This document shows positions 51,124-63,884 of a stretch of 64,000 bases of DNA, in pieces; position 1 is the stretch's first letter, and the number at the start of each line of letters is the position of its first letter. Under the pieces are notes generated by a model, which did no database searches, was not told where the DNA came from, and saw only the letters and a program-made list of their open reading frames with translations. The position numbers and the translations under genes were made by a program. Source of the DNA: Heptranchias perlo (lineage: Eukaryota); the NCBI RefSeq assembly GCF_035084215.1, contig NC_090329.1:70060001-70124000 (forward strand), given 5' to 3'.

Positions 51124-51838
51124 ATTGGCTTATAAAAAAAAGTTTCCAAATGCTGTGACACAGTGATGCAAGTCAGGTAACAATTTTCTGCTTAGAAAGT
51201 ATAGTTGTCATCTCTCTTCTGCATTGATCCTCATAATCAGTTCCAAGGATCCCCCTTCCAAAAACAACTTTGAGCCTTATTTTTCACAACACAATAAGGT
51301 ATGCAATAAAATCACCCTGAGTTATCTGAATAAAGTTCACAAAGTATGTTATGGTCATTCGGAGAACCATGATGCAAGTAGTCTGCTTTCACTAAAGTGT
51401 TTGCTTCCAGTGGATGGATGTAACATGTGTTATTGATTGCTCGTAGCTAGTAGTTTGTTGATTACTGCAGCTTTTTATAGTCACTTCAGATGTTGTTTAG
51501 GCCACTTCAACAGGATTCCTACTTCGCGTAACATTGCACATATGTTTCCATAAACCTGAGATTATATGGTCTTTCATCAGCAAAAATACAGAAAGCATTG
51601 CAATTAGATATTAAAAGAGTAATAATTCAAATGAAAAAAGCAAATCGTAACTTTCCTAGTTAATGATTAGTTAGCCCAGCATGCAGTCCTGATAATAATG
51701 ATTGGTAACAGCATTGGTATCAAGCTCAGTCATTTTGAGGTATTCGTAGTTCTAATATTATAAAAATATGGAGTCAGTTATTCTAGTGGCCCATTATCCA
51801 TCCTGGGAATTGGCTGATTCTTACAGGGATCCTCTTAC

Positions 51839-52036
51839 CTTTTTCTCCTGCTGGACATCGTTTTTTCTGCACAGTACATTTCCTTGTCTCAGTGATTTTT
51901 GGACAGGGGTTGCCATGTGCTGAAGGGAACTGCACAATTTCTCGCTTCCTTGACTCACTGCCTCTCCGGAAACCACACGTCTTCCCTCGCTTTGTGCAGG
52001 CACTCCACGCGTTCCACTCGCTTACTTCACAGTGCA
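51839..52036 (-). CDS. rspo3: R-spondin 3, TSP1-domain exon (198 bp, phase 1-1)
   Basis: ttcgtttgcag|TG CAC...AAA G|gtaag; VHCEVSEWNAWSACTKRGKTCGFRRGSESRKREIVQFPSAHGNPCPKITETRKCTVQKKRCPAGEK matches the RSPO3 TSP1 pattern. Confidence 0.96.
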
Positions 52037-52071
52037 CTGCAAACGAATAAACAAAATTGTTCAAGAACTTT

Positions 52072-52470
52072 TTGTTTCCTTTTTCTGGATCAATTTCCCC
52101 ACCGCCTGCTGCCTCCTCTCCTGAAGGTGCTGATTCATGCTGGCTTCACATATAACGGATGCCCTTAGTCTTCACCCAAATATGAGCCTAGGCATTAAGT
52201 GCCAATAGACTATTCAACTGAAAACTGTTCCTGATGTTCCACATAGGTGAATTTTTCACCAGGAGTGAGCAGGAACCTCGCCTATTCCCCCCCCCCCCCC
52301 ACCCCACCACCTGTAACAGGAGCATTATGATCGTTTGTAACGCCTCTACTGTCAACTCAAATGAGATAATCCAACTCGGCATAGACCAAGGATTACATGT
52401 GGAATATTCCTGGTCTGTACGGTTCGGTTATATACTCAATGGTAAATTTACCTGCTGAGTAATTAGGGGA
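52072..52470 (-). mobile_element. LF-SINE-like element, diverged
   Basis: Reverse of GGTCTATGCCGAGTTGGATTATCTCA...GGTTCCTGCTCACT...GAATAGTC...AGGAGAGGAGG; similar to 30885-31240. Confidence 0.6.
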
Positions 52471-52694
52471 GCTCTTTGAGACCTGTCTGATTTTCATTTT
52501 TCTATTTGTGCATTGATGGAAACAAGGGATGAGTGATCATTTCACCTCTTACTGGTGTACGTTGAACTTCACAGGGAACAGATTGACACTGATCGAAATT
52601 CTCTAAGTGTAGAAGCAATTACTTTAAAAGTTTAATTCTGGACAAAAGTGAAGAATGAAATTATGGATTAGGTGGCACTCTGGGCTGGAACCTT

Positions 52695-52844
52695 GGTCTG
52701 GAATTTCCTCTGCTCCTGCTCCTCCACCACAACTTCATCAGAAGTACAGCAGAAACCCCATTTATGTCTGTGAGTGGGGTTTCTGCTGCACTTCTGGCAA
52801 AGTTACAGTGGTGGAACGGGAGCAGCTCTGAGGAAATTCCAAAC
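52695..52844. repeat. 150-bp palindromic MITE
   Basis: GGAATTTCCTC...CAGAAGTACAGCAGAAACCCCA / TGGGGTTTCTGCTGCACTTCTG...GAGGAAATTCC. Confidence 0.8.
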
Positions 52845-55416
52845 TTTTGTCTGAATCTAACTTAGACTTTCGGGATAAATTTTAGTGTGCACTTTCTCTA
52901 CGGACCGCAAGGGTCAGAAATGAAATACGTTTGAGCCGTCTCAATCAAGTTCCTCGTGGGTGCAAAATCCACAGCACAACTCCCTCCCCCCCCCCAAAAT
53001 AATTGTGGTAAACTGTCATATTTTAGGATTGCTGATTATGCCACCGCAGGGGGACATTGGTGCAATATGTTAAAAATGCTACTATTTAGTAAAACTTAGC
53101 TCTCAGTGGTAGGGTGGGGGTGGGGGGGGTTAAACTCAGGACAGTGGAGCTGCAGTTATATATTAAGATTCAGACAGTGTGTCTGAACCTATATACTTCA
53201 GACAATAATAGGTAGATTAATATTCTAGTGTTCAGTCACACTTAATGCTGGAGTGACAATTCTATTCATTCTAACTCAGCAGGAGACATTAGCAGGTTAG
53301 CTTGGGGGATTCCACTCTTGGATGGGTGGGTGGGATAGCCTGTTTGACTGAAAGCTGACACTGGAATCAGGATGACTTGAGAAAAAAATCAGGAGGCTCC
53401 AGGGAGAGGAGGTCCTGCCCTGGGCTGATGGTCAAAATGAATGGGTTCATTTTCTTACAGTTAGTAGTTGTACAGAAAGTAAAATAATTCTGAAAATACT
53501 AGTAAGACAATCCACCTATGTGGAATAGCACGGTGAGTTAATTGTTTTCTTTATGTATGGGAGGTGAAGTTAGTTTTGATTACAACTTGTACCTGTATTT
53601 TCATGTGCTGTGAAATAAAGCAGCATAACAATTAGCATATGGGCTTGTCTCATCAAATGCCTGCTCAGTCCGTCTTCAACAACAACAACATCAACAACTT
53701 GCATTTATATAGTGCCTTTAACGTAGTAAAAATGTCCCACGGCACTTCACAGGAGATTGAAGAAGTACACGTGCGAAAGACAAGAATATCAGTTAAGGTC
53801 ATATGGGCATATTATTGTTACACCCCGAATTACGCTATTGTGCAAATAGATCTAGTGCAGTATGAATCAACTTCCATAGACGTAAGAAGCTCAGACTGCT
53901 TAGGGGAGCAACTAATGCCATTGAACCCAAGAAAGGTATCTATGGCAGACCTGAATTTGTAACATAGGCCATATGACTGGTGTGGAAAATAAAAATGTCA
54001 CAGTGGCATAGAAGGGTTCACTTCTACGGTGGGATTAAGATATTGTTGGAGCTAATTGAGACTCTTCACGGCTATTTTGTATTGGTGTTGTAATGGGTCC
54101 TCCAGACAACTGCTCTTAGTGAGTCCCAGAGGTTTTACATGAAGTTTTCAGCAGACTGTGCAAAAGCCGCACTTTGGGAATTGGTGGGCTAAACAGCCCA
54201 CGGGCACCAATGTAAAAGGGACTTTACTTGCGTTTTGCAGATGCAATACACTTGATACCAACACAGGTTTAAAAAGTGAAAAGTGCTTCATCTCTCAGTA
54301 CTAACGTTCATTTGATGGGCAATAAACTCATCAAGAATGAATTGATACCTCACAACATTCATCTTGAGCCTAGCCGTTGAAAGTATTATGCATGCATCTT
54401 GCATACTACTGGTCTACCTCACCTTGAGTGGACCACATATCATTAGGGACAAAAATAGATGAATTCTACTGTCAGTCTCCGCTTTGTTTCTTATGTACAA
54501 TGAAGTCTGCTATTTCATCAATGTTTTCCTTTGCTGGTTTATTTTTAAAATGTAAAAAAAAGAGCATCCTCTATATTACATTGGTGCAAGTTATTCAAGC
54601 TTAAAGGAGGCGCTCAGAAAACTCTGAAGGATGAACAAAAACAAAAAGACTAAAGTCACAGATACTTACCTCCTTTAATGGAATCTTTCAGAATTGTAAA
54701 ACCCTCTTTATTATAGTAGCAAGCAGTATTTTAGTTATAACAACACTTCTGGTGCAGTAACATTCAGTTCTGCAATGTTATATTACCCCTTTTACTATAA
54801 TAATATATAACACTTTTCCTGTAGTAACATGCAGTCTTTCAGGACAACCATTACATTTGTGTACCAACATCAAATGTATAACCATAGTACACTTTCAAAG
54901 ATTAATGAGAAAAGATTGCAAATAAAGAAAAGCTATGCAATAAAGAATACTTTAGAATATTCATCATTACAAATTTACAAAGGCATATTCACAGAAACTG
55001 AAAGAAAAGTGATTCCTATATGTACGAATTAAGAACATACGAACATACAAATTAAGAGCAGGAGTAGGCCATTCGGCCCCTCGAGCCTGCTCTGCCATTT
55101 GATAAGATCATGGCTGATCTGATTGTGACCTCAACCCTACTTTCCCGTCTACCTACTATAACCTTTGACTCCCTTGTTAATCAGGAATCTATCTAACTCA
55201 GCCTTAAAAATATTCAATGACCCTGCCTCCACCGCTCTCTGGGGAAGGGAGTTCCACAGGCACATGACCCTCTGAGAGAAAATTTTTTTCCACATCTCCT
55301 TCTTAAATGGGGGACCCCTTATTTTTAAACTGTGTCCCCTAGTTTTAGTCTCTCCCACAGGGGGAATCATCCTCTCAGTATCTACCGCTTCAAGTCCCCT
55401 CAGGATCTTATATGTT

Positions 55417-58348
55417 GTACAATCTCGCTAAAAAAAGTCATATTAAGAATAAAACCAGACGGACCACCCGGCATCGGACCACTAGGCGCCGGACACGACA
55501 AAGGCAAACCAAGCCCTGTAAAGTCCTCCTCCTCAATAACATCTGGGGACTTGTGCCAAAATTGGGAGAGCTGTCCCACAGACTAGTCAAGCAACAGCCT
55601 GACATAGCCAGACTCACAGAATCATACCTTTCAGCCAACGTCCCAGACTCTTCCATCACCATCCCTGGCTATATCCTGTCCCACCAGCAGGACAAACCGA
55701 CCAGAGGTGGCGGTACAGTGATATACAGTCAGGAGGGAGTGGCCCTGGGAGTCCTCAACATTGACTCCGGACCCCATGAAATCTCATGGCATCAGGTTAA
55801 ACATGGGCAAGGAAAACTCCTGCTGATGACCACCTACCGCCCTCCCTCAGCTGATGAATCAGTCCTCCTCCATGTTGAACACCACTTGGAGGAAGCACTG
55901 AGGGTTGCAAGGGCACAGAATGAACTTTGGGTGGGGGACGTCAATGTCCATCATCAAGAGTGGCTCGGTAGCACCACTACCGACCGAGCTGGCCGAGTCC
56001 TGAAGGACATAGCTGCTAGACTGGGCCTACGGCAGGTGGTCAGCGAACCAACACGAGGGAAAAACCTACTTAACCTCGTCCTCACCAATCTACCTGTCGC
56101 AAATGCATCTGTCCATGACAGTATTGGTAAGGGTGATCACCGCACAGTCCTCGTGGAGACGAAGTCCCGTCTTCGCACGGAGGACACCATCCAACATGTT
56201 GTGTGGCACTATCACCGTGATAAATGGGATAGATTCAGAACAGCAGCTCAAAACTGGGCAACCATGAGGCACTGTGGGTCATCAGCAGCAGCGAAATTGT
56301 ATTCCAGCACAATCTGTAACCTGGCATATTCCTCACTCTGCCATTACCAACAAGCCAGGCGATCAACCCTGGTTCAATGAGGTGTGTAGAAGAGCATGCC
56401 AGGAGCAGCACCAGGCGTAACTAAAAATGAGGTGCCAACCTGGTGAAGCTACAACTCAGGACTACATGCATGCTAAACAGCTGAAGCAACATGCTATAGA
56501 CAGAGCTAAGCGATTCCACAACCAACGGATCAGATCAAAGCTCTGCTGTCCTGCCACATCCAGTCGTGAAGGGTGGTGGACAATTAAACAACTAATGGGA
56601 GGAGGAGGCTCTGTAAACATCCCATCCTCAATGATGGCGGAGTCCAGCACGTGAGTGCAAAAGAGAAGGCTGAAGCGTTTGCAACCATCTTCAGCCAGAA
56701 GTGCCGAGTGGATGATCCATCTCGGCCTCCTCCCGATATCCCCACCATCACAGAAGCCAGTCTTCAGCCAATTCGATTCATTCCACGTTATATCAAGAAA
56801 TGGCTGAGTGCACTGGATACAGCAAAGGCTATGGGCCCCGTCAACGTCCCGGCTGTAGTGCTGAAGACTTGTGCTCCAAAACTAGCTGCGCTTCCAGCCA
56901 AGCTGTTCCAGTACAGCTACAACACTGGCATCTACCCGACAATGTGGAAAATTGCCCAGGCATGTCTTGTCCACAAAAAAAAGCAGGACAAATCCAGTCC
57001 CATCAGTCTACTCTCAATCATCAGCAAAGTGATGGAAGATGTCGTCGACAGCGCTATCAAGCGGCACTTGCTCACCAATAACCTGCTCACTGATGCTCAG
57101 TTTGGGTTCCGCCAGGACCACTCGGCTCCAGACCTCATTACAGCCTTAGACCAAACATGGACAAAACTGCTGAATTCCAGAGGTGAAGTGAGAGTTACTG
57201 CCCTTGACATCAAGGCAGCATTTGACCGAGTGTGGCACCAAGGAGCCCTAGTAAAATTGAAGTCAATGGGAATCATGGGGAAAACTCTCCAGTGGCTGGA
57301 GTCATACCTAGCACAAAGGAAGATGGTAGTGGTTGTTGGAGGCCAATCATCTCAGCCCCAGGACATTGCTGCAGGAGTTCCTCAGGGCTGTGTCCTAGGC
57401 TCAACCATCTCCAGCTGCTTCATCAATGACCTTCCCTCCATCATAAGGTCAGAAATGGGGATGTTCGCTGATGATCGCACAGTGTTCAGTTCCATTCGCA
57501 ACACATTAGATAATGAAGCAAGACCCGGACAACATCCAGGCTTGGGCTGATAAGTGGCAAGTATCATTCACGCCAGACAAGTGCCAGGCAATGACCATCT
57601 CCAACAAGAGAGAGTCTAACCACCTCCCCTCGACATCCAACGGCATTACCATCGCCGAATCCCCCACCATCAACATCCTGGGGATCACCATTGACCGGAA
57701 ACTTAACTGGACCAGCCATATAAATACTGTGGCTACAGGAGCAGGTCAGAGACTGGGTATTCTGTGGTGATTGACTCACCTCCTGACTCCCCAAAGCCTT
57801 TCTACCATCTACAAGGCACAAGTCAGGGGTGTGATGGAATACTCTCCACTTGCCTGGATGAGTGCAGCTCCAACAACACTCAAGAAGCTCAATACCATCC
57901 AGGACAAAGCAGCCCGCTTGATTGGCACCCCATCCACCACCCTAAACATTCACTCCCTTCACCACCGGCGCACTGTGGCTGCAGTGTGTACCATCCACAG
58001 GATGCACTGCAGCAACTCGCCAAGGCTTCTTCGACAGCACCTCCCAAACCCGTGACCTCTACCAACTAGAAGGACAAGAGCAGAGGCATATGGGAACTAC
58101 ACCACTTGCACTTTCCCCTCCAAGTCACACACCATCCCGATTTGGAAATATATCGCTGTTCCTTCATCGTCGCTGGGTCAAAATCCTGGAACTCCCTTCC
58201 TAACAGCACTGTGGGAGAAACTTCACCACATGGACTGCAGCGGTTCAAGAAGGTGGCTCACCACCACCTTCTCAAGGGCAATTAGGGATCGGCAATAAAT
58301 GCAGGCGTCACCAGTGACGCCCACATCCCATGAACGAATAAAAAAAAA
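55417..58348 (+). mobile_element. LINE-B, longest copy (2.9 kb): Arg-rich leader, APE, RT, 3' stem-loop, poly(A); frameshifted
   Basis: ORFs 55412-56380, 56651-57550, 57513-58055. Confidence 0.96.
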
Positions 58349-59368
58349 TGATTCAACAAGATCACCTCTCATTCTTCTAAACTCCACTGTATTAGGCCCA
58401 ACTTGTCCAACCTTTCCTCATAAGATAACCCCCTCATCCCAGGAATCGGTCGAGTGAACCTTCTCTGAACTGCCTCTGAAGCAATTATGTCATTTCTTAA
58501 ATAAGGAGACCAAAACTGCACACAGTATTCTCGATGCGGTCTCACCAATGCCCTGTACAACTGTAGCAAAACATCTCTACTTTTATATTCCATTCCCCTT
58601 GCAATGAATGACAACATTCCATTTGCCTTCCTAATCACTTGCTGTACCTGCATACTAACTTTTTGTGATTCATGTACTAGGACACCCAGATCCCTCTGTA
58701 CCTCAGAGTTCTGCAATCTCACTCCATTTAAATAATACACTGACTTTCTATTCCTCCTGCCAAAGTGAACAAGTTCTCATTTTCCCATATTATACTCCAT
58801 CTGCGAAATTTTTGCCCACTCACTTAACCTATCTATATCCTTTGCAGACTCCTTGGGCGCTAAATTGGGTTGTGTAGCGCCCATTGTTTCAGCGCTACAC
58901 GGCCTCTCTGACATCCAAGATAGAGTCTTGGATGCGCACGCAGATTTCCAGCGTGACGTGCGCCGGACGCCATCTTGGTATAGCAGTTAACGCACGCGCA
59001 AAAACTGAACGCTGGAAGCATGTAAAGTAGGGAGAAAATGCGTGCAATCAGTGTGCAACGCTGATTTAAAGTGATAGACACCATTTTCGACATTAACACT
59101 CAACTTAATGCACAGTCTTAACCCTGACCATCTGAACGTGTCTTCGAGTGCCTGAAGGACCCCCCACCAGCGCTATTTAAAGGGGCCATGCAGGTGTTGC
59201 AGGTTAGTTGCTGGATTATTGCTGCTGGCTGCTGGTGGAGTAGGAAGTGTTTTCTGAAGCTCCCTATTCTTATTGAGAGTTCCTACAGTACATGTGAGAG
59301 TTGTTTGGCAGGTACTGCTTTACAGGTCGGAAAGTTACAGCTGTGGTTGAACAACATTCCTGCCAACA

Positions 59369-60565
59369 ATGGGCGGTCCACTAGGGCTCCCGCTGGGCAT
59401 TGAGCATGACTGGGACCATGCAGAGAAGCCACATATAGCAGGTCATGCTGCGAGGAGACGGAGGACGAGGAGGCGCAGGGCACTGAGCAGAAGGCCCTAC
59501 CCAATGAGTGCCTTCTGGGACCAATTCTCTTACCTCAACATGACCGAGGAGGATTGCTTTCGACGCCTGAGGTTCACCAAGGAAGCAGTCACCGAGATCT
59601 GTCAACTGGTGCGGCCACAACTGCAGGCTCAGAGCAGGGCAAGGACAGCATTGCCTGTGGCTGTGAAGGTCACCATGGCGCTGAATTTCTATGGCTCAGG
59701 ATCATTTCAGGCCTCTGCTGGTGACATGTCCAACATCTTGCAGCATGCAGTGCACTGCTGCATAAGGGAGGTCACAGACATACTGTACCACATGAGGAAC
59801 AGGTTCATCATCTCTCTTGACAGTGACAAGCAGAACAAGCGAGCACGGGGGTTCACCCGCATTGCTGGCTTCCCCATGGTGTAGACTGCCATTGACTGCA
59901 CACATATTGCCCTGCGTGCCCCGCACATCAACTCGGCTGTCTTCGTCAACCAAAAGGGCTTCTGCTCCCTCAAACTGCAGCTGGTGTGCGACCACACGCA
60001 TCGGATTATGGAGGTCGATGCCCGCTACCCTGGAGCTGTCACGACGCTTTCGTCGTGCAGCAGTCCGACATGCCAGCTATCTTTCACCCGACTCAGTAGT
60101 CAAAGGCTGGCTACTGGGCGACAAGGGCTATCCCCTCACGCCATGGCTCATGACACTGGTCAGGAACCCACGCACACGTGCACAGCAGGCCTATAATGAG
60201 AGCCATGCTATCACACACATCGTGGAGCACACCATAGACCTCCACAAACAACACTTCCGCTGCCCGGACTGGTCTGAGGAGCCCTGCAGTACTCCCCTGA
60301 GCGGGTGGGCAGATTTGTGATGGTATGTTGCATGCGGCACAACCTCGCCATCATGAGGGACAAGCCTTTGCCACCAATGATTGGAGAAGACCCTGAGCAA
60401 GAGGCTAAGGAGGAGGAGGAGGAAGAGGCTGAGGAGGAGGAGGAGGAGAAGGAGGAGGGGGTGGAGCCGCAAGAGGAAGTGGAGGAAGACGCAAGGAAGC
60501 AACAGGAACCACACAACTTGTCTGCAAGGGCTCCGCGTGCTCACCTGATCCGTGCAATAATTTGA
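59369..60565 (+). pseudogene. Harbinger (HARBI1-like) DDE transposase with premature stop and frameshifts
   Basis: CFRRLRFTKE, ALNFYGSGSFQ, GFPMV*TAIDCTHI, LLGDKGYPL, HIVEHTI, CCMRHNL, acidic tail; AATAAA at 60673-60678. Confidence 0.93.
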
Positions 60566-60787
60566 ACTACATCCCCCAACTCACCAACACTCCCCACCTT
60601 TTCGCTCCCACACGACAATCAAATCGCACTCCATCTGATTACACATTGGTGTCCCTCTCAGCTCACTGCATAAATAAAAACCACTACCAAATGCAAAATC
60701 AAAGTCTCATTTATCAATGAATAAATGAAATTATGCAAACATAACAGAACTACTCACCCTTGTGTATTCCCTTATTGCCTTTTGTGT

Positions 60788-62628
60788 TCATGTGCCTTTA
60801 CCTATCCTAGTGCTCCTACGAGGTGCTTCCCCAGTGGCTGGAGCATAGGTGGTGGGAGGCTGCTGGCCTTCAATGGAGGAGCTTGCTGATGGCCTTAGAG
60901 GACGACCTCGAGCAGCTCTGGGCCGGGAGGGCCCGGCTTCAGACTGCACCATCTCAACATGGGCTGCAGCAGTCTGGCCTGGCTGGCTGATAGGCAACAA
61001 CAGGGGTACTGGCAGAGTGGCAGGGGTGGGAGCAGGAAAGCTGTCATCCTGAGAGAGGAAACCAGGTCCGACTGCCATGGTGCCACTCCCACTCTCCCAG
61101 GGTGGCACCTCAGCAATCCTGGTGATCAGCTGGAGAACGGATTGCTGGAGTGCTGTGATGCCCTGGAAGCCCCGTTCCACAGTGGTCCCCAGACCCACGA
61201 TAGCAGCAGTCTGAGCTTCCATGGCAGCAGTCTGAGCTGCAAATGCAGCAGTCAGACCTTGGATGGCAGATGTTTGTGCTGCAATGGAATCTGTGACATC
61301 AATCTTCAGACGCTGCATCATGGTGGGTTCCACAGGTGTGTTGATGGAGGTGACCACCCGTTCTATGTTGGAAAGGATGGGCTCCAAACTCTGCGCAAAG
61401 CCCTGCACCAAGTTGGAGCTGGACTCCTACATGCCCCTTCTCATTGTCCGCAGGCTTTCTGGCAGGCTTTCCAGTGCCCCAAGCATTTGGTGGTGTACGC
61501 CCATCAGCCGTCTTCTGTAGCCTGGCCCATCGAAGTCATCATCTGACTCCTCTGCAGCAGAACTAGTGAGCGACCTCGCCCTCTGGCGAGCTGACACCTG
61601 CGGTATCCGTTCCCCCCGCCCTGGCTCCTGCGCACTTGTGCTCGGTGTCTCATCACGTGCAGATCCCTCCTCTAACCTAACCTCTAAAGGACACGCAGTG
61701 TCAGTCTCTGAGCTGCTGGAAGCGAGTGTCAGATTGAGTGACGGTGTGGCTTCAGTGTCCTCCTCCTCCTCCTCCTCCTCGGACAGTGCCGCTGCGTGTT
61801 CTAGGGTATCTGCAATAACAAAGGGAAACAGATTGAGTTGTGGAGTGGGGAGAGGAGCAATTAAGACGTGTGTGCCTGCAGCATCTGCAGTATGTGAGTC
61901 AGAAAAGATTATGGGAAGAGGGAGATGTGGAAAAGGAAAAGGAGCATTAGATATGCAGAGACCCCCTTCATTGGGACCTCCAGCATGGCATGTTGTGACG
62001 GCTACAGCGACGGCCCATCCAATGATCCTGAGCACTCTCTCCTCTTGGAGAGTGAGGACATGTAAACCCACCCTCATGTCCCTCCTGCTGCCGACTGTTA
62101 TTCGCCACCTTCTCCTGCAAGACAGAGGACCGTGTGTCAGTGAGTCTCCTGCAAGTTGTATGGGTGATGTGCCTGTTGTGGTCGAATAGCTGCCAATTTG
62201 TGTGACTTGTGAGTGGTGGTTGTGTGGTCTGCAAGTGTGGTACTATGTGCGGGTGAGATGCAGCATGTCGAGTGCAGCATTGCATATGGATGAGCAGTGT
62301 TTGTTGGTGGGTCTATGACGGGGAGTGTGATGCATGGAGCAGCGGTCCAGTTGGTAGGATGTGCCACTTGATACTTGCATTCACTCACCTTGACCACTTG
62401 TGTCAAATCATTGAACTTCTTTCGGCACTGCACCCACATGCGTGGTGCAATGCTCCTGGCGTTTACTTCCTGCGCCACAGCCTGCCAATGCCTGCGGAGC
62501 TGCAGTCTGGAGGGTCTCCGGCCACCCTGCGGCTACATGTTGGCCCTCCTTTCGTCCACGCCTTCCACCGGGGCCTCCAGAGCATCATCAGAGAAGCATA
62601 GAGCTCTCTCTCGTGCCGGTCCTGCTAT
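60788..62628 (-). pseudogene. Harbinger Myb/SANT (trihelix) DNA-binding gene, 3 exons, decayed
   Basis: Exon 1 62628-62389 (FSDDALEA...WQAVAQEVNARS..WVQCRKKFNDLT, donor gtgagt); exon 2 from 62114; exon 3 61809-60788; ATA at the presumed start, TAG at 62533 and 61427. Confidence 0.88.
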
Positions 62629-63884
62629 TCTTGTGGTCTTCTTTCCCTCCTCCAAGTAAGCTGTGTACTTGCCATTTGAAATGTGCACTTGCACCTTTAA
62701 GAGGTGCAGGCTGCTGATGATGTGCGCTGTGCACACCCCATTTCCAACTTCCTCATTTTCCATGCAGCCTCTCAGCAGCGCCGATAGCGTTGGCTGCACG
62801 GAGATATCATGATAATTAGCAGGCAGCATAAAGTTCACGTGTTGCCTGCGTAGGGTCCATCGGGCGCGGGGTACTAGCGCATCACGCTACCCCTGCCCGA
62901 AAGCGACCCTTATCGAATTTTTCCCCCCTTAGGTCCTCTTCACAACTTACTTTTCTACCTACCTTTGTGTCATCAGCAAATTTAGCAACCATACATTTGG
63001 TCCCTTCATCCAAGTCATTGATATATATTGTAAATAGTTGAGGCCCCAGCACTGATCCCTGTGGCACTCCACTCGTTACATCTTGCCAACCTGAAAATGA
63101 CCCATTTATGCCTACTCTCTGTTTCCTGTTAGCTAACCAATCCTTTATCCATGCTAATATGTTCACCTCACACCATGAACTCTTATTTTGTGTCGTAGCC
63201 TTTGATGTGGCACCTTGTCAAATGCCTTCTGGAAATCCAAGTACACCACATCCACAGGATCCCCTTTATCCACGCTGCTTGTTACTTCCTCAAAGAACTC
63301 TAATAAATTAGTCAAATACGATTTCCCTTTCACAAAGCCATGTTGACTCTGCCTGATTGCACTGAGATTTTCTAAGTGCCCTACTATAACCTCCTTAATA
63401 ATAGATTCTAGCATTTTCCCTATGACAGATGTTAAGCTAACTGGCCTGTAGTTTCCTGCTTTCTGTCTCCCTTCTTTCTTGAATAGAGGAGTTACATTCG
63501 CTATTTTCCAATCTGATTTTTATTTTTAAAAGTTAAACATATGTTTAGGCATTAAAAAAATTAAACAGAAACAACCTGTCAATTCTAGTGGCACCAGTTT
63601 CTGATGTTATGCAACACATAACACGTGGTAAGTGTTGCATGCTTGGGTTGAAAAAAGGTGACTGGATCTATGGTTCTCAAAGCTTTCCACCACTGGGGTT
63701 TTCCTTGTGCCATGTTGGGAATGTTGTAGACTAATTGATAGAGATTGATTGCTATGATTGGTCAACAGCTCAATTTTTCCTTGTATCATGCGACTATCAG
63801 GATGGTTGAAGGCAAACTAAATGGACCTTGGTCTATTTTCTTCTAGCAAGTCCTATGTTCCTATGTTCCATGTCCACATATTCT

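Larger units (their letters stand above)
3887..51838 (-). other. rspo3: rspo3 last intron (47,952 bp, GT-AG, phase 1)
   Basis: Donor AAAG|gtaaga at 51838 and acceptor cttag at 3887 join to give an in-frame GGA. Confidence 0.88.
58855..62927 (+). mobile_element. PIF/Harbinger DNA transposon, full-length (4073 bp), decayed
   Basis: TSD CTT at 58852-58854 and 62928-62930; imperfect TIRs GGGCGCTAAATT / AATTTTTCCCCC; two convergent genes; interrupts CR1 cleanly. Confidence 0.93.
55032..63515 (-). mobile_element. One CR1 LINE in three pieces (55032-55416, 58350-58854, 62931-63515)
   Basis: ORF remnants 63163-63414, 62882-63166, 58369-58740 and 55149-55370 are consecutive parts of CR1 ORF2, collinear with 35393-36688. 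Confidence 0.92.

Noticed and set aside
54669-54770. Possible rspo3 furin-domain exon (strong GAG|gtaagt donor on the minus strand)
   Set aside because: The phase-1 frame has an in-frame TAA and no furin-like cysteine pattern; that exon seems to lie outside the window
59369-60565. Host HARBI1 gene
   Set aside because: Stop codon and frameshifts, enclosed by TIRs and a TSD with a partner Myb gene: a transposon copy
60959-62189. Long plus-strand ORFs (195 and 207 aa)
   Set aside because: Antisense shadows of the GC-rich Myb-gene exon 3
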